Part shown: piece by piece, positions 26,922-36,763 of the stretch
Numbering within the stretch: the stretch's first letter is position 1
Layout: each line of letters starts with the position of its first letter
Assembly: GCA_046594215.1 (NCBI GenBank)
Contig: JBKJPX010000103.1
Coordinates: 4,923 to 68,922, forward strand
Origin: Panacagrimonas sp.
GTDB taxonomy: Bacteria > Pseudomonadota > Gammaproteobacteria > Nevskiales > Nevskiaceae
DNA: 64,000 nucleotides
Direction of reading: 5' to 3'
Translations under genes and position numbers: made by a program
Notes under the pieces: model-generated
Database searches by the model: none
Told to the model about the DNA's origin: nothing
The model's input: the letters and a program-made list of their open reading frames with translations, nothing else

Positions 26922-29900
26922 ATGCAGACGAACACCGCTTGGCGCGTCGACTCGCGCTCGACTCCGACCGCGCTGCGCATCGCTTTGCTGTTGCTGCTTT
27001 CGCTATGCGCAACGCTCGCCGACGCCGCCACGGTGAGCAGCTTCTCGCCGCAGGGCGCGGCGCGCGATGTGCGCCAGGTGACGGCGCGATTCTCCGAGGC
27101 CGTCGTGAAGTTCGGGGATCCACGCCTGCCCGATCCGTTCACGGTCGAATGCGCGGCCAAGGGCAAAGGTCGCTGGGCCGACGGTCGCAACTGGGTGTAC
27201 GACTTCGAGGCCGACCTTGCCGCCGGCGAGGCGTGCACGTTCACTCTCGTCGAGGGCCTGAAGACGCTGACCGGCGAAAGCCTCTCGGGCAAGGACGAGT
27301 TTTCGTTCGCCACCGGCGGCCCCGCCATCCGCGCATCGATGCCCTACGAGGGCGCGACCATCGACGAGAACCAGGTCTTCGCGCTGGGCCTGGATGCGCC
27401 CGTGACCGACGCCTCCGTCGCGAAGAACGCTTTCTGCGCGATCGACGGGGTCGAGGAACGTATCCCGCTCACGGTGCTTACGGGCAAGGATCGCGAGGAG
27501 CTGCTGTCGAAGCGCCGCGTGCTCGGCTACGCCTACTACTCGGTGCTCTGGAAGGACGGCGACAGCGGCGACGTACAGGTGACGCACGATGCGCTGAAGA
27601 AGGCCGAGAAGAACGTCGTCGTCGCGCGGTGCTCGCGACCGCTCCCGAACGCCACGACCGTGAAGCTGGTCTGGGGCAAGGGCGTGGCGACGCCCAGCGG
27701 TCTCGAGACGGTTGAAGACCAGGTCAAGGGGTTTCGCGTGCGCGATGCCTTCACTGCGCGCTTCAGCTGCGATCGCGTGAACGCCGACGCACCCTGCGTG
27801 CCGGTGCTGGCAATGAACTTGACCTTCTCTGCGCCGGTGTCGCGCGAACAGGCCGAGAAGATCCGGCTGGTGGGAAAGGAAACGCGCAAGCCGAACCTTG
27901 GCAGCGGCGAGGACAGGTTCGTGGAGAGCGTGAGCTTCGATCCGCCGTTCCCGACCGTGGCGCAGTTCCAGGTGCAGTTGCCGGCGGACGTGCGCGACGA
28001 CGCGGGCCGCGCCATCGAGAACCGGGGCAGCTACCCGCTGGCGGTGGCCACCGACGAGGCGCCGCCGCTGGCCAAGTTCAACGGCGAGTTCGGCATCCTC
28101 GAGCGATCCGAGGGCGGCGTGCTGCCCATCACGATCCGTGATCTCGAGGACAAACCCAGCGGGCTGAAGATCGGTGGCCAATCGAAGCGCATCGACACCG
28201 AGGCCGGGATCCTCGACTGGATGAAGCGCGTGCGCGTGGCGATGAACTCGCGCTGGGAGGACAGCAAATTCATCCAACCGGGCATCGACTCGGTGTTCGC
28301 GGGCGAAGAGGGGACGCCCTTCGACCTGCCCAAGCGCGAGGGCGGCAAGGCCTTCGAGGTCATCGGCATCCCGCTCGGCGAGCCGGGGTTCCATGTCGTC
28401 GAGATCGCGAGCCCGCGCCTGGGCGCCGCGCTGCTGGGCGACGATCGCCCGCGCTACGTGGCGACGACCGCACTGGTGACCAACCTCGCGGTGCATTTCA
28501 AGTGGGGCAAGGAAGGCTCGCTGGTCTTCGTCTCCACGCTCGATGGCGCCAAGCCCGTCGTAGACGCCGTGATCCATGTCGTCGACGGCTGCGACGGCAA
28601 GCCGATCTGGGAAGGGCGCACGGGCACGGATGGCGCGGTGCGTATCGACAGCGGCCTGCCCACCCCCAAGGCCTGGTCGAGCTGCTCGAACGAGGACTCG
28701 CACCCGGTGATGGTCAGCGCGCGCAAGGACGACGACCTGTCGTTCACGATCAGCGACTGGAACCAGGGCATCACGCCCAGCGACTTCAATCTCGAGAGTG
28801 GACTGTGGGAGTCGTCGCAGGTCGCGCACACCGTCCTCGATCGTTCGCTGTTCCGTGCCGGCGAGACGGTGTCGATGAAGCACTTCTGGCGCGAACACAC
28901 GGCCAAGGGCCTCGCGGTGCCCGAGGCGCGACCGACCGCACTGGTGATCGAGCACGAGGGCAGCGGCTCGAGCGTGACCCTGCCGCTCAACTTTGACGCC
29001 AACGGTGTGGCGGAATCGCAATGGGCGATTCCGAAGGAGGCCCGTCTGGGCGAATACCAGCTGCGCTTCACGGGCAAGGATATCGCGCAGACGTCCGGCA
29101 GCTTCCGCGTGGAGCAGTACCGCATCCCGCAGATGCGCGCGGTGATCACGCCGCCGGCCGAACCCGCGGTGGCGGTCAAGGCGCTGCCGCTGGATCTCTA
29201 CGTCGGTTACTTCTCCGGTGGCGCCGCCGCGAAGCTACCGGTGAAGCTGCGCACGCAGGTACGTCCGCGCGCGGTCACGTTCCAGAGTTACGACAGCTTC
29301 AGCTTCGGTGGCACGCCCTTGAAGGCAGGCATCGTCGAGGGCGGGGAGGGCGGCTATTTCCCCGACGACGAATCCGGAGCCGACGATGCCGCGCGGCCGC
29401 TGCCGGCGCAGACGCTGCCGCTGACGCTCGACGCGAATGGATCCGCACGCACCACGATCGCCGACCTTCCCGCGTCGGCCGAAGCGCAGGAAGTTTTCTC
29501 CGAACTCGAATACCCGGACGCCAACGGCGAACTCACGAGCGTGCGCGCAACCACGCCCCTGTGGCCGGCCAAGCTCGTCGTCGGCCTGTCGGGCGACGAC
29601 TGGTCCGGCAAGAGCGACGAGCTCAAATTCCAGGCCGTCGTGCTGGATCTCAAGGGCAGGCCGCTTGCTTCGCAGCGTGTCACGGTGCAGCTGTGGTCGA
29701 AGATCACGCATTCGTATCGCAAGCGACTCGTCGGCGGCTTCTACGCCTACTCGCACAGCGAAGAAACGATCAAGCTCGACGCCGCCTGCCGCGAGAAGAC
29801 CGACGCGCAGGGCCTGATCCGCTGCAAGGTGGCCCCGCGCGCCAGCGGCCAGGTCCTGCTCGAGGCCTTGGCGCAGGACGCCGACGGCCACACTTCGCGG

Positions 29901-32690
29901 GCCGTTGCCTCGCGCTACGTCGCCGGCAAGGACGACTGGTGGTTCGCGCAGGCCGACAACGATCGCATGGACCTCATCCCGGAACAGCGCGAGGTCGAGC
30001 CGGGCGCCACCGCGCGCCTGCAGGTGCGCATGCCGTTCCGCAAGGCCACCGCGCTGGTCACGGTGGAACGCGAGGGCGTGCTGCGCTCCTACGTCACCGA
30101 GATCTCCGGCAAGGAGCCCGTGATCGAGGTGCCGATCGATGGCGCCGACTCGCCCAACGTCTACGTCTCGGTGCTCGCGGTGCGAGGCCGCGTCAGCGAT
30201 TTCCGGTCGCGCTTTTACGATTTCCTGCGCTGGCTGCACCTGGATCGCTGGTTCAGGCTCGACGGCGGCATGCCGACTGCGATGGTGGATCTCTCCAAGC
30301 CGGCGTACCGCCTGGGCATGGCGCGGATCGACGTGGGCTGGAGTGCGCACCGGCTCAAGGTGGAGGTCAAGCCCGGGGAAGCGTCATACAAGACGCGCGG
30401 CAAGGCCGTGGTGCAGGTGCAGGTCACGCCGGCGGCCGGTGGCGCGATGCCCGCCGACGCGGAGATCGCATTCAGCGCGGTCGACGAGGCCCTGCTCGAC
30501 CTGCACGCGAACAACTCCGTTTACGTGCTCGAGCAGATGATGCAGCGGCGCGGCGTCTCGGTGCTCACCTCGACCGCGCAGATGCAGGTCGTCGGCAAGC
30601 GGCACTACGGGCGCAAGTCATTGCCGCCGGGAGGGGGTGGCGGACGCGGCGCGGTACGTGAACTGCTCGACAGCCTCCTGCTGTGGAAGGCGCGCGTGCC
30701 GCTCGACGCGCAGGGCCACGCCACGGTCGAGGTCCCGCTCAACGACGCGTTGAGCTCCTTCAAGCTGACCGCGGTCGCCAGCGTCGGCGCCGACCGCTTC
30801 GGCACGGGCAGCGCGAGCATCCGCACCACGCAGGACTTCCAGCTCATCTCGGGCGTGCCGCCGCTGGTGCGCGAGAACGATCGCTACGAGGCGATCTTCA
30901 CGGTGCGCAACACCACCCGGGAAGCGCGCGAGATCGAGGTCGAGGCCGAGGCCATCGCGACGGGTCTCAAGGAGCCGCTCGTGCACGCCTCGCAGAAGCT
31001 CAACGTGCCTGCCGGCGAGGCGCTGCCGGCGCGCTTCGAGCTGACCGCACCCTTCGACGTGTCCCAGGTGAGCTGGACCGTGCGCGTCCAGGACAAAGCC
31101 GGCGAGCCGCTCGACGCCCTGAAGATCGTGCAGGAAGTCGTGCCGGCGTACCCGGTGCGCGTCTACCAGGCCACGCTCTCGCAGCTCGAAGGCTCCACCG
31201 AGATGCCGGTCGAACGGCCAGCGGATGCCATCGTGGGACGCGGCGGCGTGCGCGTGAACCTGCAGGCGTCGCTGACGGCCTCGCTGGATCCGGTGCGCGA
31301 CTGGGCGCGGCTGTATCCGTACACCTGCTACGAGCAGGGCGCATCGAGAGCCGTCGTGCTCGAGGATCGCGCGATGTGGGACCAGCAGATGGCGCGGCTG
31401 TCTTCGTATCTCGATTCTGATGGCCTGGTGCGCTACTTCCCGTCGACGATGCTCGAAGGCAGCGATACGCTCACGGCCTACCTGCTCGCGATCGCGCAGG
31501 AAGCGGGCTGGCCCATCCCCGAGTCGGACCGCAATCTGATGATCGAAGGCCTCGCGGGCTTCCTCGAAGGACGCGTGGACCGCGGCTCGCAGATCCGGAT
31601 CGCCGACCAGACCGAGCGAAAGCTCGCGGCCATCGAGGCGCTGTCGCGCTACAAGCTCGCCAAGGCCGCGTGGGTCACGTCGCTCACGATCGATCCGAAC
31701 CTCTGGCACACCTCGGCCGTGATCGACTGGATCGGCATCCTGCAGCGCGTGAGCACGATCCCGGAGCGCGACCGCCTGCTCGAAGAGGCCAAGACCATCC
31801 TGCGATCGCGTCTGAACTTCCAGGGCACGACGATGGGCTTCTCGGCCGAGCAGGACGACGCGCTGTGGTGGCTCATGATCTCGGCCGACGTCAACGCGAA
31901 CCGCGCGATCCTCGCGCTGCTCGGCGACAGTGCCTGGCGCGAGGACCTGCCGCGCATGATGCGCGGCGCCATCGGTCGGCAGCACAAAGGCCACTGGAAC
32001 ATCACCACGGCCAACGCCTGGGGCGTGCTCGCGACGCGCAAGTTTGCCTCGGCCTTCGAGCGCGAGTCGGTGGGCGGCGTCACCACCGCGTCGCTCGGCG
32101 CCGCGCAGCAGCGCAAGGACTGGAAGGATCCGGCGAACGCGACGCTGGACCTCGCCTGGCCTGATGGCCCGGGCGTCCTCAAGCTCGCGCACGAGGGCAC
32201 GGGCAAACCCTGGATCATCGTGCAGAGCCGCGCCGCGTTGCCGCTCAAGGAGCCGTTTTCCTCGGGCTATCGCATCAAGCGCACGGTGACGCCGGTCGAG
32301 CAGGCGGTGAAGGGCAAGTGGACGCGCGGTGACACCGCGCGCATCAAGCTCGAGATCGACGCGCAGTCGGACATGACCTGGGTCGTCGTCGAGGACCCGG
32401 TGCCCGGAGGCTCGACCATCCTTGGCGGTGGCCTGGGTCGCGACTCGCAACTGCTGGCCCAAGGCGAGGAACGAGAAGGCGAAGCCTGGCCCGCGTTCGA
32501 GGAACGGCGCTTCGATTTCTACCGCGCCTACTACGCGCTCGTACCCAAGGGCGGCTTCAGCCTCGAGTACACGGTGCGCTACAACAACGCGGGTCGCTTC
32601 GTGATGCCGTCGACGCGCGTGGAGGCGATGTACTCGCCCGAGATGCTCGGTGAATCGCCCAACGCGCCGATGCAGGTGGACGTGCCCTGA
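26922..32690 (+). CDS. Bacterial alpha-2-macroglobulin family protein (large, about 1922 aa)
   Basis: Signal-like N-terminus (ALRIALLLLLSLCATLADA) and long arrays of MG-type beta-domains. A thioester-type motif YPYTCYEQGAS (CxEQ) is present. Translationally coupled (ATGA) to pbpC, as in yfhM-pbpC operons. The ATG at 26922 has AAGGGG upstream. Confidence 0.9.
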   Translation: MQTNTAWRVDSRSTPTALRIALLLLLSLCATLADAATVSSFSPQGAARDVRQVTARFSEAVVKFGDPRLPDPFTVECAAKGKGRWADGRNWVYDFEADLAAGEACTFTLVEGLKTLTGESLSGKDEFSFATGGPAIRASMPYEGATIDENQVFALGLDAPVTDASVAKNAFCAIDGVEERIPLTVLTGKDREELLSKRRVLGYAYYSVLWKDGDSGDVQVTHDALKKAEKNVVVARCSRPLPNATTVKLVWGKGVATPSGLETVEDQVKGFRVRDAFTARFSCDRVNADAPCVPVLAMNLTFSAPVSREQAEKIRLVGKETRKPNLGSGEDRFVESVSFDPPFPTVAQFQVQLPADVRDDAGRAIENRGSYPLAVATDEAPPLAKFNGEFGILERSEGGVLPITIRDLEDKPSGLKIGGQSKRIDTEAGILDWMKRVRVAMNSRWEDSKFIQPGIDSVFAGEEGTPFDLPKREGGKAFEVIGIPLGEPGFHVVEIASPRLGAALLGDDRPRYVATTALVTNLAVHFKWGKEGSLVFVSTLDGAKPVVDAVIHVVDGCDGKPIWEGRTGTDGAVRIDSGLPTPKAWSSCSNEDSHPVMVSARKDDDLSFTISDWNQGITPSDFNLESGLWESSQVAHTVLDRSLFRAGETVSMKHFWREHTAKGLAVPEARPTALVIEHEGSGSSVTLPLNFDANGVAESQWAIPKEARLGEYQLRFTGKDIAQTSGSFRVEQYRIPQMRAVITPPAEPAVAVKALPLDLYVGYFSGGAAAKLPVKLRTQVRPRAVTFQSYDSFSFGGTPLKAGIVEGGEGGYFPDDESGADDAARPLPAQTLPLTLDANGSARTTIADLPASAEAQEVFSELEYPDANGELTSVRATTPLWPAKLVVGLSGDDWSGKSDELKFQAVVLDLKGRPLASQRVTVQLWSKITHSYRKRLVGGFYAYSHSEETIKLDAACREKTDAQGLIRCKVAPRASGQVLLEALAQDADGHTSRAVASRYVAGKDDWWFAQADNDRMDLIPEQREVEPGATARLQVRMPFRKATALVTVEREGVLRSYVTEISGKEPVIEVPIDGADSPNVYVSVLAVRGRVSDFRSRFYDFLRWLHLDRWFRLDGGMPTAMVDLSKPAYRLGMARIDVGWSAHRLKVEVKPGEASYKTRGKAVVQVQVTPAAGGAMPADAEIAFSAVDEALLDLHANNSVYVLEQMMQRRGVSVLTSTAQMQVVGKRHYGRKSLPPGGGGGRGAVRELLDSLLLWKARVPLDAQGHATVEVPLNDALSSFKLTAVASVGADRFGTGSASIRTTQDFQLISGVPPLVRENDRYEAIFTVRNTTREAREIEVEAEAIATGLKEPLVHASQKLNVPAGEALPARFELTAPFDVSQVSWTVRVQDKAGEPLDALKIVQEVVPAYPVRVYQATLSQLEGSTEMPVERPADAIVGRGGVRVNLQASLTASLDPVRDWARLYPYTCYEQGASRAVVLEDRAMWDQQMARLSSYLDSDGLVRYFPSTMLEGSDTLTAYLLAIAQEAGWPIPESDRNLMIEGLAGFLEGRVDRGSQIRIADQTERKLAAIEALSRYKLAKAAWVTSLTIDPNLWHTSAVIDWIGILQRVSTIPERDRLLEEAKTILRSRLNFQGTTMGFSAEQDDALWWLMISADVNANRAILALLGDSAWREDLPRMMRGAIGRQHKGHWNITTANAWGVLATRKFASAFERESVGGVTTASLGAAQQRKDWKDPANATLDLAWPDGPGVLKLAHEGTGKPWIIVQSRAALPLKEPFSSGYRIKRTVTPVEQAVKGKWTRGDTARIKLEIDAQSDMTWVVVEDPVPGGSTILGGGLGRDSQLLAQGEEREGEAWPAFEERRFDFYRAYYALVPKGGFSLEYTVRYNNAGRFVMPSTRVEAMYSPEMLGESPNAPMQVDVP

Positions 32691-34837
32691 TGCCCAACCG
32701 CCGGGCCATCGGAGTCGGTGCCGCGGCGACGTTGCTGCTCGTCGTCGTCGTGGCCGCTGCGTGGCTCGTGCAGTCAACGAAGGCGCCGGCGATGCCCGCG
32801 CTCGAAGATGTGAAGGCCCGCTACTTGAGTTCGGAATCGGTGCTGCTGGACCGCGAGGGCAGGGAGGTACAGCGTCTGCGCGTGGACTTCCAGTCGCGCC
32901 GGCTCGACTGGACGCCGCTGGCGCAGGTCTCGCCTGCGCTTCCGGCGGCCGTGATCGCGGCCGAAGACCGGCGTTTCCGACAGCACCAGGGCGTGGACCT
33001 GCTGGCCGCACTTGGCGCCGCGCGCGATCGCATGCAGGGCACCGCGCGGCGCGGCGCGAGCACGCTGGAGATGCAGCTCGTTTCGCTGATCGATCCGACC
33101 CTGCGTGCGAAGTCGGGCCGGCGCAGCCTGCGCGAGAAGATCCGGCAGATGCGCGCGGCCCACGCGCTCGCGAGAGCCTGGTCCAAGGAGGAGACGCTCG
33201 AGGCCTACCTGAACCTCGCGGGTTTTCGCGGCGAGAGCGAGGGGGTCGCCGCGGCCTCGCAGGCCTTGTTCGGCAAGACGCCTTCGGGCCTGACGGCGGA
33301 CGAGTCGCGCGTCCTCGCGGCGCTGCTGCCGGCGCCGCGCGCCGCATCGGAGCAGGTGGCGCGACGGGCCTGCGCCGCGGCGGCCCTGCAGAGCGCGCCC
33401 TGCGATGCGCTGCGCGTCGTCGCGTTCGCCGCGTTGGACAACAAGCGGCCGGCGCACGCCGGCGCGGGACTTGCCCCGCAGCTCGCGCGCCGCCTGTTGC
33501 GCGCGCCCGGCGAGCGCGTGCGCAGCACGCTCGACCTGCGCGTGCAGACCCTCGCGCTGCGTGCGCTCGAGTCGCAGCTTCGGCGCCTCGACGCGCTGCA
33601 GGTTCGCGACGGCGCGGTCGTGGTCGTCGACAACCGCAGCGGCGACGTCCTCGCCTACGTGGGCTCGGCGGGGCCCGCGAGCCGCGCCGCGCAGGTCGAC
33701 GGTGCGCGCGCCCAGCGCCAGGCCGGCTCCACGCTCAAGCCCTTCCTGTACGCGCTGGCGATCGAACGGGGATGGCTCACGGCGGCCTCGCTACTCGACG
33801 ACGCGCCGGTCGCGCTCGAGGCCGGTCCCGGCCTGTACCTGCCGCAGAACTACGAGCACGACTTCAAGGGCCTGGTCAGCGTGCGCACCGCGCTGGCGGG
33901 CTCCTTGAACATCCCCGCGGTCCGCACGCTGATCATCGCGGGCGTCGAGCCCTTTCGCGAACGCCTGAACCAGCTCGGCTACGTCGGCGGGCTCACGGAG
34001 TCGGGCGAGTACTACGGTTATTCGCTGGCGCTGGGTTCGGCGGAGGTCAGCCTGCTCGAGCAGGCCAACGCCTACCGCACGCTCGCCAACGGGGGACGCT
34101 ACTCGCCGCTTCACCTGGTGCCCGACGAGCCGGTGGCGGTGGACCGTCGCGTGATCGCCGCCGGCGCGGCGTGGATCGTCTCCGACATCCTGTCGGACCG
34201 CGCCGCGCGCGCCGTGACCTTCGACTTCGACGGCCCGCTGTCGACGCCGTACTGGTCCGCGGTCAAGACCGGCACCAGCAAGGACCTGCGCGACAACTGG
34301 TGCATCGGCTACACGGCGCGCTACACGGTGGCGGTCTGGGTCGGCAATTTCGAGGGCGACCCGATGCACACGGTTTCGGGCATCACCGGCGCGGCGCCCG
34401 CCTGGCGGGAGATCCTGGACGCGCTGGAGCGGGGCGCCGCGCCGGCCCCTCGGACCCCGCCGGGCGACGTGACCCGGTCCCGCGTGCGCTTCACGGCGAA
34501 GACCGAAGGTGACCGCGACGAGTGGTTCCTGGCCGGTACGCAGGTCGCCGAGATCACGCCGGCCGTGCGTTCGGCCCCGCGCGCAAGACTGGCCTCGCCT
34601 GCGAACGGCAGCCTGATCGCGCTGGACCCCGATATCCCCCTGGACCGCCAGCACGTGCTGGTGCGGGCGGAGCCGGCCTCGGGCCGGCTGCACCTGCGCC
34701 TCAACCACCAGGACCTGGGATCGGCCGCGCAGCCCCGTTTCTGGACGCCGCTGCCGGGCGATCACCTGCTGGAATTGATCGACGCCGATGGGCATGCGCT
34801 GGACAGCGTCAGCTTCACCGTCCGGCCACCGGCCTGA
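32690..34837 (+). CDS. pbpC: Penicillin-binding protein 1C (bifunctional transglycosylase/transpeptidase type)
   Basis: Transglycosylase motifs (AEDRRFRQHQGVD, GASTLEMQL, RKIRQM), a transpeptidase STLKP (SxxK) motif, KTGTS, and the C-terminal PBP1C-type domain. Confidence 0.92.
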   Translation: MPNRRAIGVGAAATLLLVVVVAAAWLVQSTKAPAMPALEDVKARYLSSESVLLDREGREVQRLRVDFQSRRLDWTPLAQVSPALPAAVIAAEDRRFRQHQGVDLLAALGAARDRMQGTARRGASTLEMQLVSLIDPTLRAKSGRRSLREKIRQMRAAHALARAWSKEETLEAYLNLAGFRGESEGVAAASQALFGKTPSGLTADESRVLAALLPAPRAASEQVARRACAAAALQSAPCDALRVVAFAALDNKRPAHAGAGLAPQLARRLLRAPGERVRSTLDLRVQTLALRALESQLRRLDALQVRDGAVVVVDNRSGDVLAYVGSAGPASRAAQVDGARAQRQAGSTLKPFLYALAIERGWLTAASLLDDAPVALEAGPGLYLPQNYEHDFKGLVSVRTALAGSLNIPAVRTLIIAGVEPFRERLNQLGYVGGLTESGEYYGYSLALGSAEVSLLEQANAYRTLANGGRYSPLHLVPDEPVAVDRRVIAAGAAWIVSDILSDRAARAVTFDFDGPLSTPYWSAVKTGTSKDLRDNWCIGYTARYTVAVWVGNFEGDPMHTVSGITGAAPAWREILDALERGAAPAPRTPPGDVTRSRVRFTAKTEGDRDEWFLAGTQVAEITPAVRSAPRARLASPANGSLIALDPDIPLDRQHVLVRAEPASGRLHLRLNHQDLGSAAQPRFWTPLPGDHLLELIDADGHALDSVSFTVRPPA

Positions 34838-34968
34838 GCCGCAGACCTAGCGTTCGCACTCACTTGAGTTTGCAACCAACCCGGTGGACGCAGGTCCCAG
34901 CTTCAGCCCACTCCAGCGAGTAGGTTGCGCAGACCCGCAAACAGTGTTTTTCTGGTGTCTGAGGCACT

Positions 34969-34984
34969 GCCGCATGCATGCGGC
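34969..34984. promoter_or_regulatory. Perfect 16-bp palindrome GCCGCATGCATGCGGC upstream of the aldehyde dehydrogenase gene
   Basis: Read directly at 34969-34984, about 54 bp upstream of the ATG at 35038. Candidate dimeric-regulator operator. No cognate regulator is adjacent. Confidence 0.25.
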
Positions 34985-35037
34985 GGGCTGCGTTTCGATA
35001 AACGCCGACCGCGTCGGCACACGAGGAGATCAACAAG

Positions 35038-36564
35038 ATGGACGGAGATCGTGGTCTGACGGCATTGCTGCCGTCTGTGAAGGAATTCATCGGCACGCCG
35101 CGCAAGGTGCTCATCAACGGCAAGTGGGTGCCGGCGAAGAGCGGCAAGACCTTCGAGGTGTTCAACCCGGCAACGGGCCAGGTGATCGGTCACGCCGCCG
35201 CCTGCGAGAAGGCCGACGTGGACGAGGCCGTGAAGGCCGCACGCGCTGCCTTCGATACGGGCCCGTGGACCAAGATGACGCCGTCCGAGCGCGGCCGGAT
35301 CATCTGGAAGGTGGGCGACCTGATCCTCAAGTACACCGAGGAGCTCGCGCAGCTCGAGGCCATCGACAACGGCAAGCCGATCTCGATCGCGCGCGCCGCC
35401 GACGTCGTTCTCGCCGCCGACATCTTCCATTACATGGCCGGCTGGGCGACCAAGATCGAAGGCAACAGCCTGTCGCTCTCGGTCCCTTATACCCCGGGCG
35501 TCGAGTACCAGGCCTTCACGCGCAAGGAACCGGTCGGCGTCGTCGCGCAGATCATCCCCTGGAACTTCCCGCTGCTGATGGCCGCGTGGAAGCTCGCGCC
35601 GGTGCTGGCCTCGGGTTGCGTCGTCGTGATGAAGCTCGCCGAAGAGACCCCGATGTCCGGCCTGAAGCTCGCCGAGATCATGCAGGAGGCGGGTGTTCCC
35701 GACGGCGTGGTGAACATGCTCACGGGCTTCGGTGAAACCTGTGGCGCGCCGCTGGCGGCTCACCCGCACGTCGACAAGGTGGCGTTCACGGGCTCGACGG
35801 AAGTCGGCAAGCTGATCGTGAAGGCTGCTTCGAACGATCTGAAGAAGGTCACGCTGGAGCTGGGCGGCAAGTCGCCGAACATCATCCTCGACGACGCGGA
35901 TCTCGACATCGCCATCCCGGGCGCCGCGATGGGCATCTTCTTCAACCACGGCCAGGCCTGCTGTGCGGGTTCGCGCCTGTTCGTGCAGGAAAAGATCTTC
36001 GACAAGGTCGTGGCCGGCATCGCCGAGATCGGCAAGAAGATCAAGCTTGGACCGGGCCTTGACCCGACCACCGAGATGGGTCCGATGGTGTCGCAGACGC
36101 AGTACGAGCGCGTGTCGGGCTTCCTGACCTCGGGCAACGAGCAGGGCGCCAAGGCGTTGTGCGGCGGCAAGCCGGTGTCGGGCAAGGGCTACTTCATCGA
36201 GCCGACGGTTCTCGTGAACACGAACGACCAGATGAAGGTCGTTCAGGAGGAGATCTTCGGACCCGTCCTGACGGCGATGCCGTTCAAGAACGTCGATGAG
36301 GAACTCATCCGTCGTGCGAACGACAGCCTGTACGGCCTGGCCGGCGGCGTGTTCAGCACCAACATCGGCAAGGCGCACAAGATTGCCAACCGTCTGAAGG
36401 CCGGCACGGTCTGGGTCAACTGCTACAACATCTTCGACGCTTCGATGCCCTTCGGTGGCTACAAGCAGTCGGGCTGGGGTCGCGAGATGGGTGCCGAGGT
36501 GTTGAAGAACTACCTCGAGACCAAGTCGGTCTGCGTGGCGCTTGGCGGCGCGATCGGGAAGTAA
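35038..36564 (+). CDS. NAD(P)-dependent aldehyde dehydrogenase
   Basis: 508 aa. FTGSTEVGK, ELGGKSP and GQACCAGSR (catalytic Cys) motifs. GAGGAG RBS upstream. Confidence 0.92.
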   Translation: MDGDRGLTALLPSVKEFIGTPRKVLINGKWVPAKSGKTFEVFNPATGQVIGHAAACEKADVDEAVKAARAAFDTGPWTKMTPSERGRIIWKVGDLILKYTEELAQLEAIDNGKPISIARAADVVLAADIFHYMAGWATKIEGNSLSLSVPYTPGVEYQAFTRKEPVGVVAQIIPWNFPLLMAAWKLAPVLASGCVVVMKLAEETPMSGLKLAEIMQEAGVPDGVVNMLTGFGETCGAPLAAHPHVDKVAFTGSTEVGKLIVKAASNDLKKVTLELGGKSPNIILDDADLDIAIPGAAMGIFFNHGQACCAGSRLFVQEKIFDKVVAGIAEIGKKIKLGPGLDPTTEMGPMVSQTQYERVSGFLTSGNEQGAKALCGGKPVSGKGYFIEPTVLVNTNDQMKVVQEEIFGPVLTAMPFKNVDEELIRRANDSLYGLAGGVFSTNIGKAHKIANRLKAGTVWVNCYNIFDASMPFGGYKQSGWGREMGAEVLKNYLETKSVCVALGGAIGK

Positions 36565-36593
36565 GCAGCAACACACTGCGATGCGTTGCACGA

Positions 36594-36625
36594 GAAGGCC
36601 GCTCCGAAAGGGGCGGCCTTTTTCG
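36594..36625 (+). terminator. Rho-independent terminator after the aldehyde dehydrogenase gene
   Basis: GAAGGCCGC / GCGGCCTT stem with a TCCGAAAGG loop region, followed by TTTTC. Confidence 0.75.
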
Positions 36626-36763
36626 TGGGCGCAGCGCAACCGTGGTCTGGACGCAGCCCGGGCTACGCGGCCGTGTGACCCGGGGTTCCTCCGAAGCAGG
36701 TAGGCGCAACGACTCGCTGGGCCCCACACTCGCGCCCTGGAAATTCACACGCACCGGGGCAGC

